Positions 29,984-40,252 of a DNA stretch of 58,845 nucleotides are shown here, one piece after another. The stretch is from an uncultured virus (IMG/VR IMGVR_UViG_3300030001_000223) (Duplodnaviria > Heunggongvirae > Uroviricota > Caudoviricetes), in IMG/VR virus record IMGVR_UViG_3300030001_000223, positions 62,001 through 120,845 of that record; one strand, given 5' to 3'. The stretch's first letter is position 1. Every line of letters begins with the position of its first letter. The notes under the pieces were generated by a model. It searched no databases. It worked only from the letters and a program-made list of their open reading frames with translations, and was not told where the DNA came from. The translations under genes were made by a program, and so were the position numbers.

Positions 29984-30475
29984 TTATTCTAAATCTACTT
30001 TATTTTCTGTAGTTATTGAACCTTTTGCGATATGTATGTTATATTTTTTATTAGCATCAGTCTTTTCTCCTAATAACCATTTAATAGTTCCATTTGTATA
30101 GTATTCTGTGTATTCTTCTATTAAAGAATTACCATCCTCAGTTATTATAGTATCTGATTGTCGTGTTTCTATATATTTAGATTTATTATCTTCTGTATAA
30201 ACTTTAAATTTATTATTGTCATTTTCGATTATCAAACTGTAATTATCTTTGTTATATATTTCATTCTCATATGTTTTAATATAGGTTTTATTTGAGAAAG
30301 CACCCATTATGGTTGTTAATATTACTAAGATAATAAATGTTACAATTGATAGAAAAATTCCAGCAACAAATAATTCTTTTATTGTTCCAAATTCAAAATT
30401 GTCTTCTTTAATAAAAAGGAATAAACCACCTCCAAATGTTAATAATCCAATTATCCAAACTAAATGCCAAATCAT
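29984..30475 (-). CDS. membrane protein with two N-terminal TM helices
   Basis: Hydrophobic N-terminus, soluble C-terminus. Confidence 0.6.
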   Translation of the reverse strand: MIWHLVWIIGLLTFGGGLFLFIKEDNFEFGTIKELFVAGIFLSIVTFIILVILTTIMGAFSNKTYIKTYENEIYNKDNYSLIIENDNNKFKVYTEDNKSKYIETRQSDTIITEDGNSLIEEYTEYYTNGTIKWLLGEKTDANKKYNIHIAKGSITTENKVDLE

Positions 30476-30477
30476 AA

Positions 30478-31236
30478 TTATATCCCCCTATTACTAGAAC
30501 CATATGCACCAGTTCCTCTATCTGTTGTGTCAGTAAATTCATCTACTTCCTTCCAACTAATTTTAGGAACAAATCTTAATACTCCTTGACATATTGCCTT
30601 ACCTTTTTTGATTTCAATAGGTGTGTCTCCTATATTGTCACATATAACTCCTATATCACCTCTAAATCCTTCATCAATTGTAGATGGAGCATTAGCTATT
30701 CTTAGTTTAGTCTTTAATGAGTTCCCACTCTTAGGTCTAAGTTGTAATTCATAACATCTAGGTAATGCTATAGCTATTCCTGTTGGGATTGCAACTGTTT
30801 CATGTGGTTGAATAATAACATCTTCCATTGCAAATATATCCATTCCACTATCTGTATCATGTGCGTATGTGGGAATAATAGCATCTTTATGTAATTTCAT
30901 AATCCTAACATCTACTATTTCTTCACCTCTATAAGTCCCATTCTTTACTATTCTTGATTCTACCATTGTTATATCTATTGTTGATTCTACCATTGTTATA
31001 TCTATTGTTGATTTACCATTAGTATTTCTAATCACATCATCTTTCTTCATGCTATTATTTATTAATTGTTGTAGGACTTCTTCTATTTCTTGTAAAGTTA
31101 ATGTATCTAAGACCTCATAACTACTTCCTCCTTGCCCATATACTTCTATTATTTCAATTTCATTAGCTAATTCACTTATTGCATCCTCTTTTGTATATCC
31201 TTCAAATAGGTCTAAAACTTTTTCATAATTTGTCAT
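30478..31236 (-). CDS. dut: trimeric dUTPase with N-terminal extension
   Basis: DSGMD, RPKSG, TIDEGFRGDIGV, ICQGV, RGTGAYGSS; start moved to MTNYEK after GAAGGAG RBS. Confidence 0.9.
   Translation of the reverse strand: MTNYEKVLDLFEGYTKEDAISELANEIEIIEVYGQGGSSYEVLDTLTLQEIEEVLQQLINNSMKKDDVIRNTNGKSTIDITMVESTIDITMVESRIVKNGTYRGEEIVDVRIMKLHKDAIIPTYAHDTDSGMDIFAMEDVIIQPHETVAIPTGIAIALPRCYELQLRPKSGNSLKTKLRIANAPSTIDEGFRGDIGVICDNIGDTPIEIKKGKAICQGVLRFVPKISWKEVDEFTDTTDRGTGAYGSSNRGI
30954..31013. repeat. perfect 27-bp tandem duplication within dut
   Basis: TTGATTCTACCATTGTTATATCTATTG x2, encoding STIDITMVE x2. Confidence 0.9.
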
Positions 31237-31319
31237 TATAAATCTCTCCTTCAATCTTTTATATTTTGTTAATTTATATATCCGTCTACATAACTGCATT
31301 TGTGAATAACTGTAGATAC

Positions 31320-31571
31320 TTAGTTGTCTTTTGCTAAATCATTCCAATCATCATATGTATAAATCTTATCAAGTTCTTTTTGAATATCAACTATTGTTTC
31401 TTCTATATTTCCTACAAGTTTATTTTCTTCTTCGGTATATTCATTTGACATTGATTCAGCATTAGCTAATATATCATTAGTGATTTTAGATACATTTTTT
31501 TCTAGTATCTCTTTTATCTTATCCATACTTTCTTTTAATCTTGTTAATTCTTCTAGCATAAATGAATTCAT
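31320..31571 (-). CDS. acidic coiled-coil hypothetical protein
   Basis: ORF with AAGGATGTG RBS. Confidence 0.6.
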   Translation of the reverse strand: MNSFMLEELTRLKESMDKIKEILEKNVSKITNDILANAESMSNEYTEEENKLVGNIEETIVDIQKELDKIYTYDDWNDLAKDN

Positions 31572-31598
31572 TATTAGTTTTCACATCCTTAATAATTA

Positions 31599-32168
31599 TT
31601 ACGAATTTGTATATTTTCTCATATCGTAATGAGAACCTCTTTTTATTATGATTGGTTCTAATCCTAAGTGTCTCCATCTTATAGCAGTAGCAATGCTTGA
31701 AACTACAGTTGGAGATATATCGTACATCTTAGCGACATCTTTATAAAGTATAGTACCTGATTTACATAAAGTATGTATTTCTTTAACTTTTTCGTCTGTT
31801 AATTTATTCATATAATTATTTGTACCACTTCTTTGTTGTAATTTTAATACTTCATGCTCTTGATTCTCTTTTTTAGTAACCCATTCTAAATTACTATCAT
31901 AATTGTGATACTTAATTCCATCAATATGATTAACTTCTTGTCCATCTTTTGGTTTACCTATGAACAAATAAGCGACTGCCCTATGTACACTTCCAGCATG
32001 AAATCCATCATTAAATGTTATACTGCATTGTAAATAGCCATCTTTATTAGGTTTACAATTTAATAATTTACCTTTCTTCCCTATAATCCTTCCCATATTT
32101 GATACTTCATAGCCATTGTTTATTATCCATACTTCGTTTTCTAAATCTTCTATATATTCTTTTCTCAT
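31599..32168 (-). CDS. HNH homing endonuclease (NUMOD4-like N-terminus)
   Basis: EVW..YEVSNMGRI, VHRAVA..F, VNHIDG.K..N..SNLEWVT..EN. Confidence 0.88.
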   Translation of the reverse strand: MRKEYIEDLENEVWIINNGYEVSNMGRIIGKKGKLLNCKPNKDGYLQCSITFNDGFHAGSVHRAVAYLFIGKPKDGQEVNHIDGIKYHNYDSNLEWVTKKENQEHEVLKLQQRSGTNNYMNKLTDEKVKEIHTLCKSGTILYKDVAKMYDISPTVVSSIATAIRWRHLGLEPIIIKRGSHYDMRKYTNS

Positions 32169-32224
32169 TTAATTTATTTAACTCTCCTTTCTAAAAAGTC
32201 CATAACATGTAGTTTTTAACAGGT

Positions 32225-32431
32225 TTATTTTGCTTCATATATTGATATATGTGTGGGTTTATAATCATTTTCATCAACTTTATAAACCATATCGTTCCAT
32301 TCAAAATATGGATATCCTGTTTGCTTTACTAATTCAAAGAAAATATTTATGTTCCCTATAAATATGTATTTGGATAATAATATTTCTTCCTTTTTAATAT
32401 TTGTTTGTTGTTTTATATTCATTTTAATCAT
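32225..32431 (-). CDS. hypothetical protein
   Basis: ORF with GAGG RBS. Confidence 0.5.
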   Translation of the reverse strand: MIKMNIKQQTNIKKEEILLSKYIFIGNINIFFELVKQTGYPYFEWNDMVYKVDENDYKPTHISIYEAK

Positions 32432-32490
32432 CCTCGCTTTGTTTATATTAATTTATTAACTACCCTTAAAATATCTGCTTTATTGTGACT

Positions 32491-32910
32491 TTAACCTATA
32501 GTAGCTTCTAATTTACTTCTAACGCCATCTTTTACTTGTGTATATTTGTAATGCGGAGCATTGTCTTCATTAATTAATGAGTTCATATATTCTCCAGTCA
32601 TCTTTCGAGAAATACTTAATAGTAAATCATCGCAAGCTACATCATAAAAGATAATATAATCACTTGTAGTACCTTCAACTTGTGTCCAATATACTAATAG
32701 GTTATCATTTGTATTCAGTTCATTAATCAAATAATCATAAGCCTTATCTCGTATTGCACCACATACACTATCTATATCACAAGTCTTATCATATGAAAAT
32801 ATAATGGTATTATTGTTGTCTGTATTTCTATATACTGCAAATCTTCCTTTTGAGTTAATTAAATCTAATTCGTAATTTAAATTTCTTAATCCTAAAATCT
32901 TTTCTTTCAT
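32491..32910 (-). CDS. hypothetical protein
   Basis: ORF with AGGGAG RBS. Confidence 0.6.
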   Translation of the reverse strand: MKEKILGLRNLNYELDLINSKGRFAVYRNTDNNNTIIFSYDKTCDIDSVCGAIRDKAYDYLINELNTNDNLLVYWTQVEGTTSDYIIFYDVACDDLLLSISRKMTGEYMNSLINEDNAPHYKYTQVKDGVRSKLEATIG

Positions 32911-32926
32911 TTTTACATATCTCCCT

Positions 32927-33253
32927 TTATTTTATAGTTTTCATTAAATCATCTAATATTATATTATTTGGTAATCCTTTTGATTTTAACTTTAAATAAT
33001 AGTCTACATTTTCTTTCATATGGAATACTGTACATTTCTCACAAGCAAAAACTTCTTTATTATTTCCTTCGGCATCTATATATTGTAATAAGTATCCACC
33101 CCATAAAGTATTTTGTATCTTACAACATTCTTCATATAAAGGACAGTAACACATTCTACAATCATACTTATTATCAGATATATTTGAATGACATGGATAC
33201 CAATAACAATTAGTTCTAAGATTTAAATTATTAGTATTGGTTTTAATCTTCAT
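32927..33253 (-). CDS. cysteine-rich small domain protein
   Basis: CYWYPCH..DCRMCYCPLY..C..GG..CEKC..H. Confidence 0.7.
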   Translation of the reverse strand: MKIKTNTNNLNLRTNCYWYPCHSNISDNKYDCRMCYCPLYEECCKIQNTLWGGYLLQYIDAEGNNKEVFACEKCTVFHMKENVDYYLKLKSKGLPNNIILDDLMKTIK

Positions 33254-33449
33254 ATAGGAATTCCATTGCTTCTTCAAAAGTTTCAAATACATAATCTTCG
33301 TTTATTAATACATGTTCTTTTAAATGGTTATCATATAGATTAATTATTGGGAGACAAGAGCTAGTAATTCTAACATAGCCCTTGAACACTCCTTCCTTAA
33401 TCTTGAAATCACCATCTATATAATATATATCTTGGTTGCTTTCAAACAT
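33243..33449 (-). CDS. hypothetical protein
   Basis: AGGAG RBS; ends VFETFEEA. Confidence 0.55.
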   Translation of the reverse strand: MFESNQDIYYIDGDFKIKEGVFKGYVRITSSCLPIINLYDNHLKEHVLINEDYVFETFEEAMEFLYED

Positions 33450-33460
33450 AATTTAATCTC

Positions 33461-35419
33461 CTATTCACATTTAGTAAAGCCACAATCTACACAACTTATA
33501 CATCCACCAGAATGTTCTAGTTCATGTCCACATTCGGGGCATTTATTAAATCTTAATGCAAATGCAATATCCCCATTATCTTTTTTAAACTTTAATTCTT
33601 CATCTGTAAAGTTTGCTTTAGTTTCTACCATTTGTTCATTTAATTTATTTATTACTTCTATGGTTTGATTTGATATTTCTTTTAAAAATGTTTTTATTTC
33701 TCTTAATATAGCAGTTCCACAACTATTACCTTGACTTAATTGTATTCCTTTTGCTCTTTGAGTTGAAAAACTATTGCATCCACCAACACCTTCAAAAGAT
33801 TTCTCTATATTGAATAAGTTTCCTCCTAGTCTTAACATACCACTCATTGCTATAACCATTCCTTGAAGATTTCTTTCACATCCTCCAGATCCTGACCTAA
33901 TTACATACATGTCTTGTATTGCTTGTTCTGTATTTGACCAACCTATCATTAATTTAAGTTTGCCACAACCTATTTTAACTTTTCTTTCGTAGTAAACTGT
34001 ATCCTTAGCTTTTGGCTTCCATTGACCTCTTTCTAAAGTTGATATTAATTCATTAGCTTTTTCTTCTTCTGTTTTTTCAGTAATCATTATACCTTGTCTT
34101 ATAGGATTCGGTCTAAATATAGTGCAACCTTTAATTCCATTTTCCCAACAGAATTCATAAACCTTTTTAACATCTTCAAATGGATACTCAGTGGGGATAT
34201 TAATAGTTTTACTACATGACATATCTACGTGAAATGCTATAGTTTTAAGAACATCTAAGTGTGCTTGTACAGGTAAATTCATTGCAGTAACAAAAATATC
34301 TTCTTTTACAATACAATCTTTATTACCTTTAATTTCATTCCATACTTTGTAAGCATAATCCTCCATCTTAACTATCTTAATATCATCATCTGACTGACCA
34401 CCTAATTTTACCTTCCTATCATACGATAGACTAAATATAGGTTCTAAGCCAGAACTTGTATTGCTCCCAAAAGTTAATGACATTGTGCCCGTGGGAGCAA
34501 CGCTCATAATCTTTGAATTTCTGATGCCATATTTTAATATATCATCAGCTAAATCTATCCATTCATTGTCTTTTTCCATATGTTTTTGAATATATCCACT
34601 TTTAATGTACTTTTCTCTATCTAAGAATGGGAAGCCACCTTTTTCTTTAGCTAACTGAACACTTGCCTTAAAGGCTTCTTTTGATATGAAGTTCATTATT
34701 TCATCAATGACTTCTAATGATTCTTTACTTCCGTAAACCATATTTAACATACATAAAGCATCTCCAAGCCCAGTAATTCCAAGCCCTATAGTTCTAAATG
34801 CTTCTTGATAGTTTCTATATATTTCATCTGGGAAGTTATTTATATCAATTATATTATCTAAAAATTTAACTGCACTATGAGTTGTTTCGCTTAATTTTTT
34901 ATAATCAATCTTTGCTTTAGATGTAAAAGGATTATCTATCATATTATGTAAGAATATACTTCCTAGATTACATGCACCACCATAATCGTTACGGTTTAAT
35001 GGTTCTTTTGTAATAGGGTTGTTCCCATAAACTGTTCCTGCTAAATACTCAGCACAAGGATTACTACAAACAATATTTTCTATATACCATACTGTATTAT
35101 CTTTATTCATGTTATCATAGAAGAAAATCCCTGGCTCTCCATTATCATAAGCTTTCTTCATAATTGAATCCCATAAATATCTTGCACTTATTTCTTTCTT
35201 ATATTTCCATTGTGATTCATCTTTTAAGACATATCCTTTATCATCATATACTGGATAGTGTAAGAATATAGTTTCATCTTTTTTAACAGAATTCATAAAA
35301 TCATTATCAACCATAACTGTTACATTAAAATGAACTAGTTTTCCTTCATCATAAGATTTTGCATTTATAAAATCTTCAATGTCCATATTATATATTGAGC
35401 ATACGCCCATATTTGCTCC
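33461..35419 (-). CDS. nrdJ: class II (adenosylcobalamin) ribonucleotide reductase, exon 2
   Basis: GANMG, GEPG, NPCAE, ACNLGS, GLGITG, APTGT, SKTIN, C-terminal zinc ribbon. Confidence 0.9.
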   Translation of the reverse strand, partial: GANMGVCSIYNMDIEDFINAKSYDEGKLVHFNVTVMVDNDFMNSVKKDETIFLHYPVYDDKGYVLKDESQWKYKKEISARYLWDSIMKKAYDNGEPGIFFYDNMNKDNTVWYIENIVCSNPCAEYLAGTVYGNNPITKEPLNRNDYGGACNLGSIFLHNMIDNPFTSKAKIDYKKLSETTHSAVKFLDNIIDINNFPDEIYRNYQEAFRTIGLGITGLGDALCMLNMVYGSKESLEVIDEIMNFISKEAFKASVQLAKEKGGFPFLDREKYIKSGYIQKHMEKDNEWIDLADDILKYGIRNSKIMSVAPTGTMSLTFGSNTSSGLEPIFSLSYDRKVKLGGQSDDDIKIVKMEDYAYKVWNEIKGNKDCIVKEDIFVTAMNLPVQAHLDVLKTIAFHVDMSCSKTINIPTEYPFEDVKKVYEFCWENGIKGCTIFRPNPIRQGIMITEKTEEEKANELISTLERGQWKPKAKDTVYYERKVKIGCGKLKLMIGWSNTEQAIQDMYVIRSGSGGCERNLQGMVIAMSGMLRLGGNLFNIEKSFEGVGGCNSFSTQRAKGIQLSQGNSCGTAILREIKTFLKEISNQTIEVINKLNEQMVETKANFTDEELKFKKDNGDIAFALRFNKCPECGHELEHSGGCISCVDCGFTKCE

Positions 35420-36459
35420 CATACTGTAATCTTCTATTACTAGAAGTGTCGGACTATATCTTAATTTAATTTATTCAATTAAACCTTGGGTACTATTGAG
35501 GTTATTAAAATATATTGCTATATCTCCTCTAGTCTCTACACCCTCCTACTCTGTAGGCACGGCTCGGTATTAACTTTTATTCAAAGCTTTCACCGAATTC
35601 TCCCAATTCTAGACGCAGAGCTTCTGCCTTATTATACTTTCTGTTTAATATTATGAAATTATTATCTGGATATATGTAATGTAAAAATTCTAATACTTGT
35701 TTTTTTGATGCCATTTCAATTACATAACATTTTTCATTGGCTTTAGGTCTTATTTTACTACTAATATCATTTTTATCTAATATGTTTTGAATTCCTTCCA
35801 ACATATGGTATTGTGAAGTAAAACTTATTTTTTGCCAAATTCTATCTCTGTCTTTACGTTTGCCCCATGTTATACAACCTTCTGCATCAAAAAACCCTTG
35901 AACAAGATATCTTTCTAATCTAGGCTTAATCATTGGAATATGTCTTTCTTCTTTTAATCGTCCACCAAATAGCATTTTTATATCTCTAACAATATGGTTT
36001 TCACCTATTTTAAAACCAATATGAGGGAATTGCTTTTTAGTTTTATCTAATTTGTTAGATATATTACTATGCCCTCCTATTTCACTTATCATAAAGTCTA
36101 TAATTTCTCTATCATCTAATTGAACATCTATCTCAAATTTATCATCTTTAGATAGACAACCATCTCCTAATAAAAAACCTAATATATAAGCCTTTTCTTT
36201 GGTATCAATTTTATGAAAATAATCTATTTTATAATCAGCAACTTTTGCATATTTATTTAGGTCTTGCAATCCATATTGTTTAATATAATTTATTACATTC
36301 CAATATTTAATTCCTGTGATTCCTTCTATTTTTCTACTTGAAAAACCTTGTTCTAAGTATTTTGTTAATATTTCCTTTGATAATTGATATTCCATAATAA
36401 ATCTCTCCTTACTCTTTTACGTATTTGTAATTTTCAAGATACTCGTATAATAACTATTT
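35420..36459 (-). mobile_element. group I intron (1040 nt) in nrdJ
   Basis: Exon ends ...AGACGU, intron ends in G before GGAGCAAAU; core elements P GAAUUCGGUGAAAG (35587-35600), Q AAUACCGAGCC (35561-35571), R GUAGAGACUAGA (35528-35539), S AAGAUAUAGUCC (35451-35462), P9 hairpin 35431-35446. Confidence 0.9.
35577..36395 (-). CDS. intron-encoded LAGLIDADG homing endonuclease
   Basis: KAYILGFLLGDG and YLVQGFFDAEG motifs; AAGGAG RBS inside the intron. Confidence 0.9.
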   Translation of the reverse strand: MEYQLSKEILTKYLEQGFSSRKIEGITGIKYWNVINYIKQYGLQDLNKYAKVADYKIDYFHKIDTKEKAYILGFLLGDGCLSKDDKFEIDVQLDDREIIDFMISEIGGHSNISNKLDKTKKQFPHIGFKIGENHIVRDIKMLFGGRLKEERHIPMIKPRLERYLVQGFFDAEGCITWGKRKDRDRIWQKISFTSQYHMLEGIQNILDKNDISSKIRPKANEKCYVIEMASKKQVLEFLHYIYPDNNFIILNRKYNKAEALRLELGEFGESFE

Positions 36460-36900
36460 ACGTCTTCCACCTTGAAGTATTGTAGCAGTTTGTGCATTAA
36501 ATACATCCATAAAGCTTACATTACCACTTGCTATAGCATCATTAGAAGTAGGAGTTCCTTTTGGTCTTAATTGCGAAAAATCGTAGCCTATTCCTCCTCC
36601 TTTTTGATGTGTTAAAGCTCCTAATTTTACTTTATTAAATATATCTTGTAAATCATCTTGTATTTGTGGGGCAACGAAACAATTATTTAATGTTAGGGAT
36701 GTTCCTATTCCACTATTACTCATAGTTCTTCCTGCTGGATAAAATAATCCTTTATCTAATACATTATAAAATTCTTCTGCTTCTTTTTCATTAGTTGAAC
36801 AGTAATCACTAACCCTATGTAAATTTTCATCAATTGATTCTCCGTTTTTAGAGTATCTATCTTCCCAAATTTTATAAAGTATTTCATTTTCGATTTTCAT
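36460..36900 (-). CDS. nrdJ: class II ribonucleotide reductase, exon 1
   Basis: IWEDRY, FYPAGRT, LNNCFV, GGGIGYDFSQLRPKG, QGGRR joins GANM after splicing. Confidence 0.9.
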
Positions 36901-36950
36901 ATCATTACCTCTTTCTTTCTATTAATTTATTATATAAACTATTTTCATAG

Positions 36951-37262
36951 TTATAATCTTATTGTCTTACATACATTTTTATATTTATCTAAATTCGTAT
37001 TTTTAATAGTCATTTGTTTAATGTCATCAAGCATTACATTACTTGCATCAGCAAATTGACTAAAGAAATCATTCTTTTCTAGTTCCTTATTCACTTCTTC
37101 TGTAATTGTTTTAAATATTTTAGATTTATTACTTGAAAATCGTTTGTATACTTGCTTGCTATGTATTTTCTTACCTAAGTATGGAATCTTGTGATACCAT
37201 CTATCATTGATAGTAACCATGTCTCTTAATTCTTGTTCTTTATTTTTATCCATTTCAATCAC
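36951..37262 (-). CDS. hypothetical protein
   Basis: ORF track; AAAGGTG RBS. Confidence 0.55.
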   Translation of the reverse strand: MIEMDKNKEQELRDMVTINDRWYHKIPYLGKKIHSKQVYKRFSSNKSKIFKTITEEVNKELEKNDFFSQFADASNVMLDDIKQMTIKNTNLDKYKNVCKTIRL

Positions 37263-37412
37263 CTTTCTTATTTAATTAAATATATTATTATCTTAGTGAA
37301 ATAACTATATAAAGTCTCTTTTATGATAATAAGTTTCAATATAACTTTTTGATGCCATTTAAGTTTGCATCCTAGCCATGATTCTATGAAATTTATATCT
37401 GTAGTCATTTTA

Positions 37413-37730
37413 TTAATCCTCCTTAACGAAACTAATATTTTCAATGTTTCCAGTTAATACAAATACATTACCTTCACACATTCCTACATCTAAACACATT
37501 TTACCTTCAACTTCTTGACCTTCTATATCTGTTAATTGCATTGTCACAGGTGTATTTAAGAACTCTTCTAATTGTCCATGTTCTGCATGCCATTTCTTAT
37601 CTTCCTCCAATGTTTCCATTAAATCTTTAATTGTTGGATAGTCTCTAAATCCATTATCTTGTAAATATAATTTAACCTCAGTCACTTTATCTTTCTCTGC
37701 ACCAATTACCTTTGCTTGTCTTACTTCCAT
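37413..37730 (-). CDS. hypothetical protein
   Basis: AAGGAG RBS. Confidence 0.6.
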   Translation of the reverse strand: MEVRQAKVIGAEKDKVTEVKLYLQDNGFRDYPTIKDLMETLEEDKKWHAEHGQLEEFLNTPVTMQLTDIEGQEVEGKMCLDVGMCEGNVFVLTGNIENISFVKED

Positions 37731-37850
37731 TTTTAATACACTCTCCTTTATTTATTGTTTTTATGTTCTATTAATTTATTAACTCTTGGTAAAATCAGCA
37801 ATTTATTTGAATATTCGACCTCTGTAAGCTAGTAATAGCCACATTGTTAA

Positions 37851-38384
37851 TTAATCAATTATCTTAATTTCAATATTTTTACCCTTTAATTCATGAAATA
37901 TGTCTTTAACATATAAATCTCCAACTATATAATCGTCTGCTCCATGTCCACCACAATAATCTTCAAATGAAACAGTACCTTTATATTCTTTTTGAATAGT
38001 TGGTATAAAATAATGTTGTTCTAATCGAATTATAAGTTCTTCTTTTGTTGGTATTTTCTCTTTACTTTCATATGGTACTTCTATCTTTTCAGACATTGTA
38101 TTATTAATTTTAGTATTTTCTATTTTAAATTCATATGTAATATCTCTTCCATAATAAGATTCCCAACATGCAGATATATCTATCTTTCTTATATTTGATA
38201 CACTATCATATTTTTTATCTAATTCATTTAATGCACAAGATAAGTTGAATTCAAAATCTTTTGCTAATGGTAGATGAGTTATTTCATGTTCCACACAATC
38301 TTGCTTATAACTATAGTAATTTTCCTCATCAATTCTTTCTTCAAATACCTTTCCACAATATTCACATACGGCTTGTTTTTTCAT
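37851..38384 (-). CDS. hypothetical protein with N-terminal C2-CH zinc-finger-like motif
   Basis: CEYCGKVF...CVEHE. Confidence 0.6.
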   Translation of the reverse strand: MKKQAVCEYCGKVFEERIDEENYYSYKQDCVEHEITHLPLAKDFEFNLSCALNELDKKYDSVSNIRKIDISACWESYYGRDITYEFKIENTKINNTMSEKIEVPYESKEKIPTKEELIIRLEQHYFIPTIQKEYKGTVSFEDYCGGHGADDYIVGDLYVKDIFHELKGKNIEIKIID

Positions 38385-38417
38385 AATTCATATCTCCTCT
38401 ATAATTTATTTAACTCT

Positions 38418-38651
38418 TTACATTATTTCCAATCCTTTAAGTGTTCGATATGTTTCATCATGTAACTTTTTTGCAATATATTTAATTCTTTCTTCATTTA
38501 TGTATTTTGAATAATATTCTAGTTCTTTATCAATTTCTTCATTAGTCATCCTTTTTAATTTTTGTAAGGCTAAGGACATTACAAATAATTCTTCTGATGT
38601 CAGTTTAGTTTCTAACTCTACTGAAAATAAGTCTTTAATATTTACATTCAC
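38418..38651 (-). CDS. hypothetical protein
   Basis: AAGGAGTGG RBS. Confidence 0.55.
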   Translation of the reverse strand: MNVNIKDLFSVELETKLTSEELFVMSLALQKLKRMTNEEIDKELEYYSKYINEERIKYIAKKLHDETYRTLKGLEIM

Positions 38652-38670
38652 TATTTAATCCACTCCTTAA

Positions 38671-38889
38671 TCATTTATATCTTTTCCCGTCAGGGAATAA
38701 ACCACTTAAACTCTTTCGTTTACTTCCGAATAATCCACTAAGGCTCTCAGATTCAGTTTTAAATAATCCAGTAGATTCATAAACTTTTTCATATTCTTCT
38801 TTTATCTTTTTGCTTTCAACTCCACAACTTGGACATCTTTTAAATATTTCATTAGTTATTAATCCACAATTGCATTTGTAAAATATCAT
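38671..38889 (-). CDS. zinc-ribbon protein
   Basis: CNCG...CPSCG; SLSGLF repeated twice. Confidence 0.55.
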   Translation of the reverse strand: MIFYKCNCGLITNEIFKRCPSCGVESKKIKEEYEKVYESTGLFKTESESLSGLFGSKRKSLSGLFPDGKRYK

Positions 38890-39203
38890 TTAATCACTCC
38901 TTTTATTCTCCTTTTAAATTCATCATTGCCACATATTTCATCAATAAAATATAAGCCTTTCTCCCAACCATTACCTAATCTACTCATAAACTTATAAATC
39001 AAATAATGCCCTTTATCTATAATCTTAGATATTTTAATTTCATCTTCACACTCGAATCCACTAATTGTATGTTTGTAAATGAGAATATCTCCTATATTTG
39101 CAAGTGGCATTTCTTTTCCAATAGATTCACACTCTCTAGCTTTCTTTTCATGTCTGTGTAGATTATGGCATATTCCACATTGATAACATTTTACCTCTCT
39201 CAT
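38886..39203 (-). CDS. hypothetical protein with zinc-finger-like N-terminus
   Basis: YQCGICH...ARECE. Confidence 0.55.
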   Translation of the reverse strand: MREVKCYQCGICHNLHRHEKKARECESIGKEMPLANIGDILIYKHTISGFECEDEIKISKIIDKGHYLIYKFMSRLGNGWEKGLYFIDEICGNDEFKRRIKGVIK

Positions 39204-39239
39204 TCTTTCACCTTCTTTTTATATTTAGCACATTTAATA

Positions 39240-39602
39240 CTATCTTCTTACATTTCCATATTCGTCATAACCTAATTCTTTAATTGTATTTTGTTTAGCA
39301 TATTCTAATATTGTTAATGATTGTTCTTTATTTATTTCACCAATTTGTTTAATCCCTTGTTCTTCAAATTCATCATATATGTAAGTATCCATGTACTCAT
39401 TGATGATTGATTTATTATATACGGGTATTACACTTCCAAAACTAAATTGCATTCCATCTGGAGTACAACTAGATTTTCTACAACTCCTATCTATAACTAA
39501 GAAACCTATTCCTTCTATTTCAGCCTGAAATTCTCCACAATTACATCCATCACAATGCCATCCGTACTCAGTCGTTTCAAGTTCATTTGTCACTCTCATC
39601 AT
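39240..39602 (-). CDS. hypothetical protein
   Basis: ORF track; Cys-containing N-terminus. Confidence 0.5.
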   Translation of the reverse strand: MMRVTNELETTEYGWHCDGCNCGEFQAEIEGIGFLVIDRSCRKSSCTPDGMQFSFGSVIPVYNKSIINEYMDTYIYDEFEEQGIKQIGEINKEQSLTILEYAKQNTIKELGYDEYGNVRR

Positions 39603-39667
39603 TTGATAATAATTGAGCGTTACTATATTTTCATTATAATTTTCAACATACTCTTCTTCACTTGTTT

Positions 39668-40180
39668 CTATATATATATATTCTTTAATAATATTTTTCT
39701 AGCAATTTTCAAACCTCGTAATTCATTTATTTCGATAGGAAGTCTTTTATTTAAATAATATTGTCTATCTTTTAATTTTAAATAATCTTTATATAATAAT
39801 TTACTAGTCTCTAAATCTTTAAATTCATTTTTAATATTATTAGATTCCTCTGTTAACTTATTAATATTTCTTTTCTTACCATTGTATATAACATCTATTT
39901 CTTCTAAAGCTTTGTTTGTTTTGTCGCATCTTTTAATTTCCATTAATTTATTGCTTTCTTCAGATGCATTTTTATATAATTCTTGGAAATTGTCATTTGA
40001 GTTTATAAACTCTTCAAAATTTTTATAACTATCGCTTTTTTCACTATTGTCCCACATCGTACAACCATTTTTAAATTCATATATTTTATCTTTTGTAAAA
40101 CGTCCATTACCAGTAGTATAATATTTTCTATCGGTTTTTATAGCCTTAGTCTTAAAATTTATTTTATTCATTATAATCAC
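39668..40180 (-). CDS. hypothetical protein
   Basis: AAGGAGTG RBS. Confidence 0.55.
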   Translation of the reverse strand: MIIMNKINFKTKAIKTDRKYYTTGNGRFTKDKIYEFKNGCTMWDNSEKSDSYKNFEEFINSNDNFQELYKNASEESNKLMEIKRCDKTNKALEEIDVIYNGKKRNINKLTEESNNIKNEFKDLETSKLLYKDYLKLKDRQYYLNKRLPIEINELRGLKIARKILLKNIYI

Positions 40181-40252
40181 TCCTTTATTATTTTCTTAAT
40201 TTATTAAAAACCCATTAAAACTATTCATTTATTTTGATGTCCGTATTATAAA

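Noticed and set aside
33461..36900. nrdJ as a pseudogene or intein-containing gene
   Set aside because: In-frame stop right after exon 1 excludes an intein; complete group I core and U/G splice boundaries restore the frame
37308..37323. Additional palindrome copy (also 22483-22497)
   Set aside because: Arm or spacer length does not fit the 5-6-5 pattern; could be chance in AT-rich DNA
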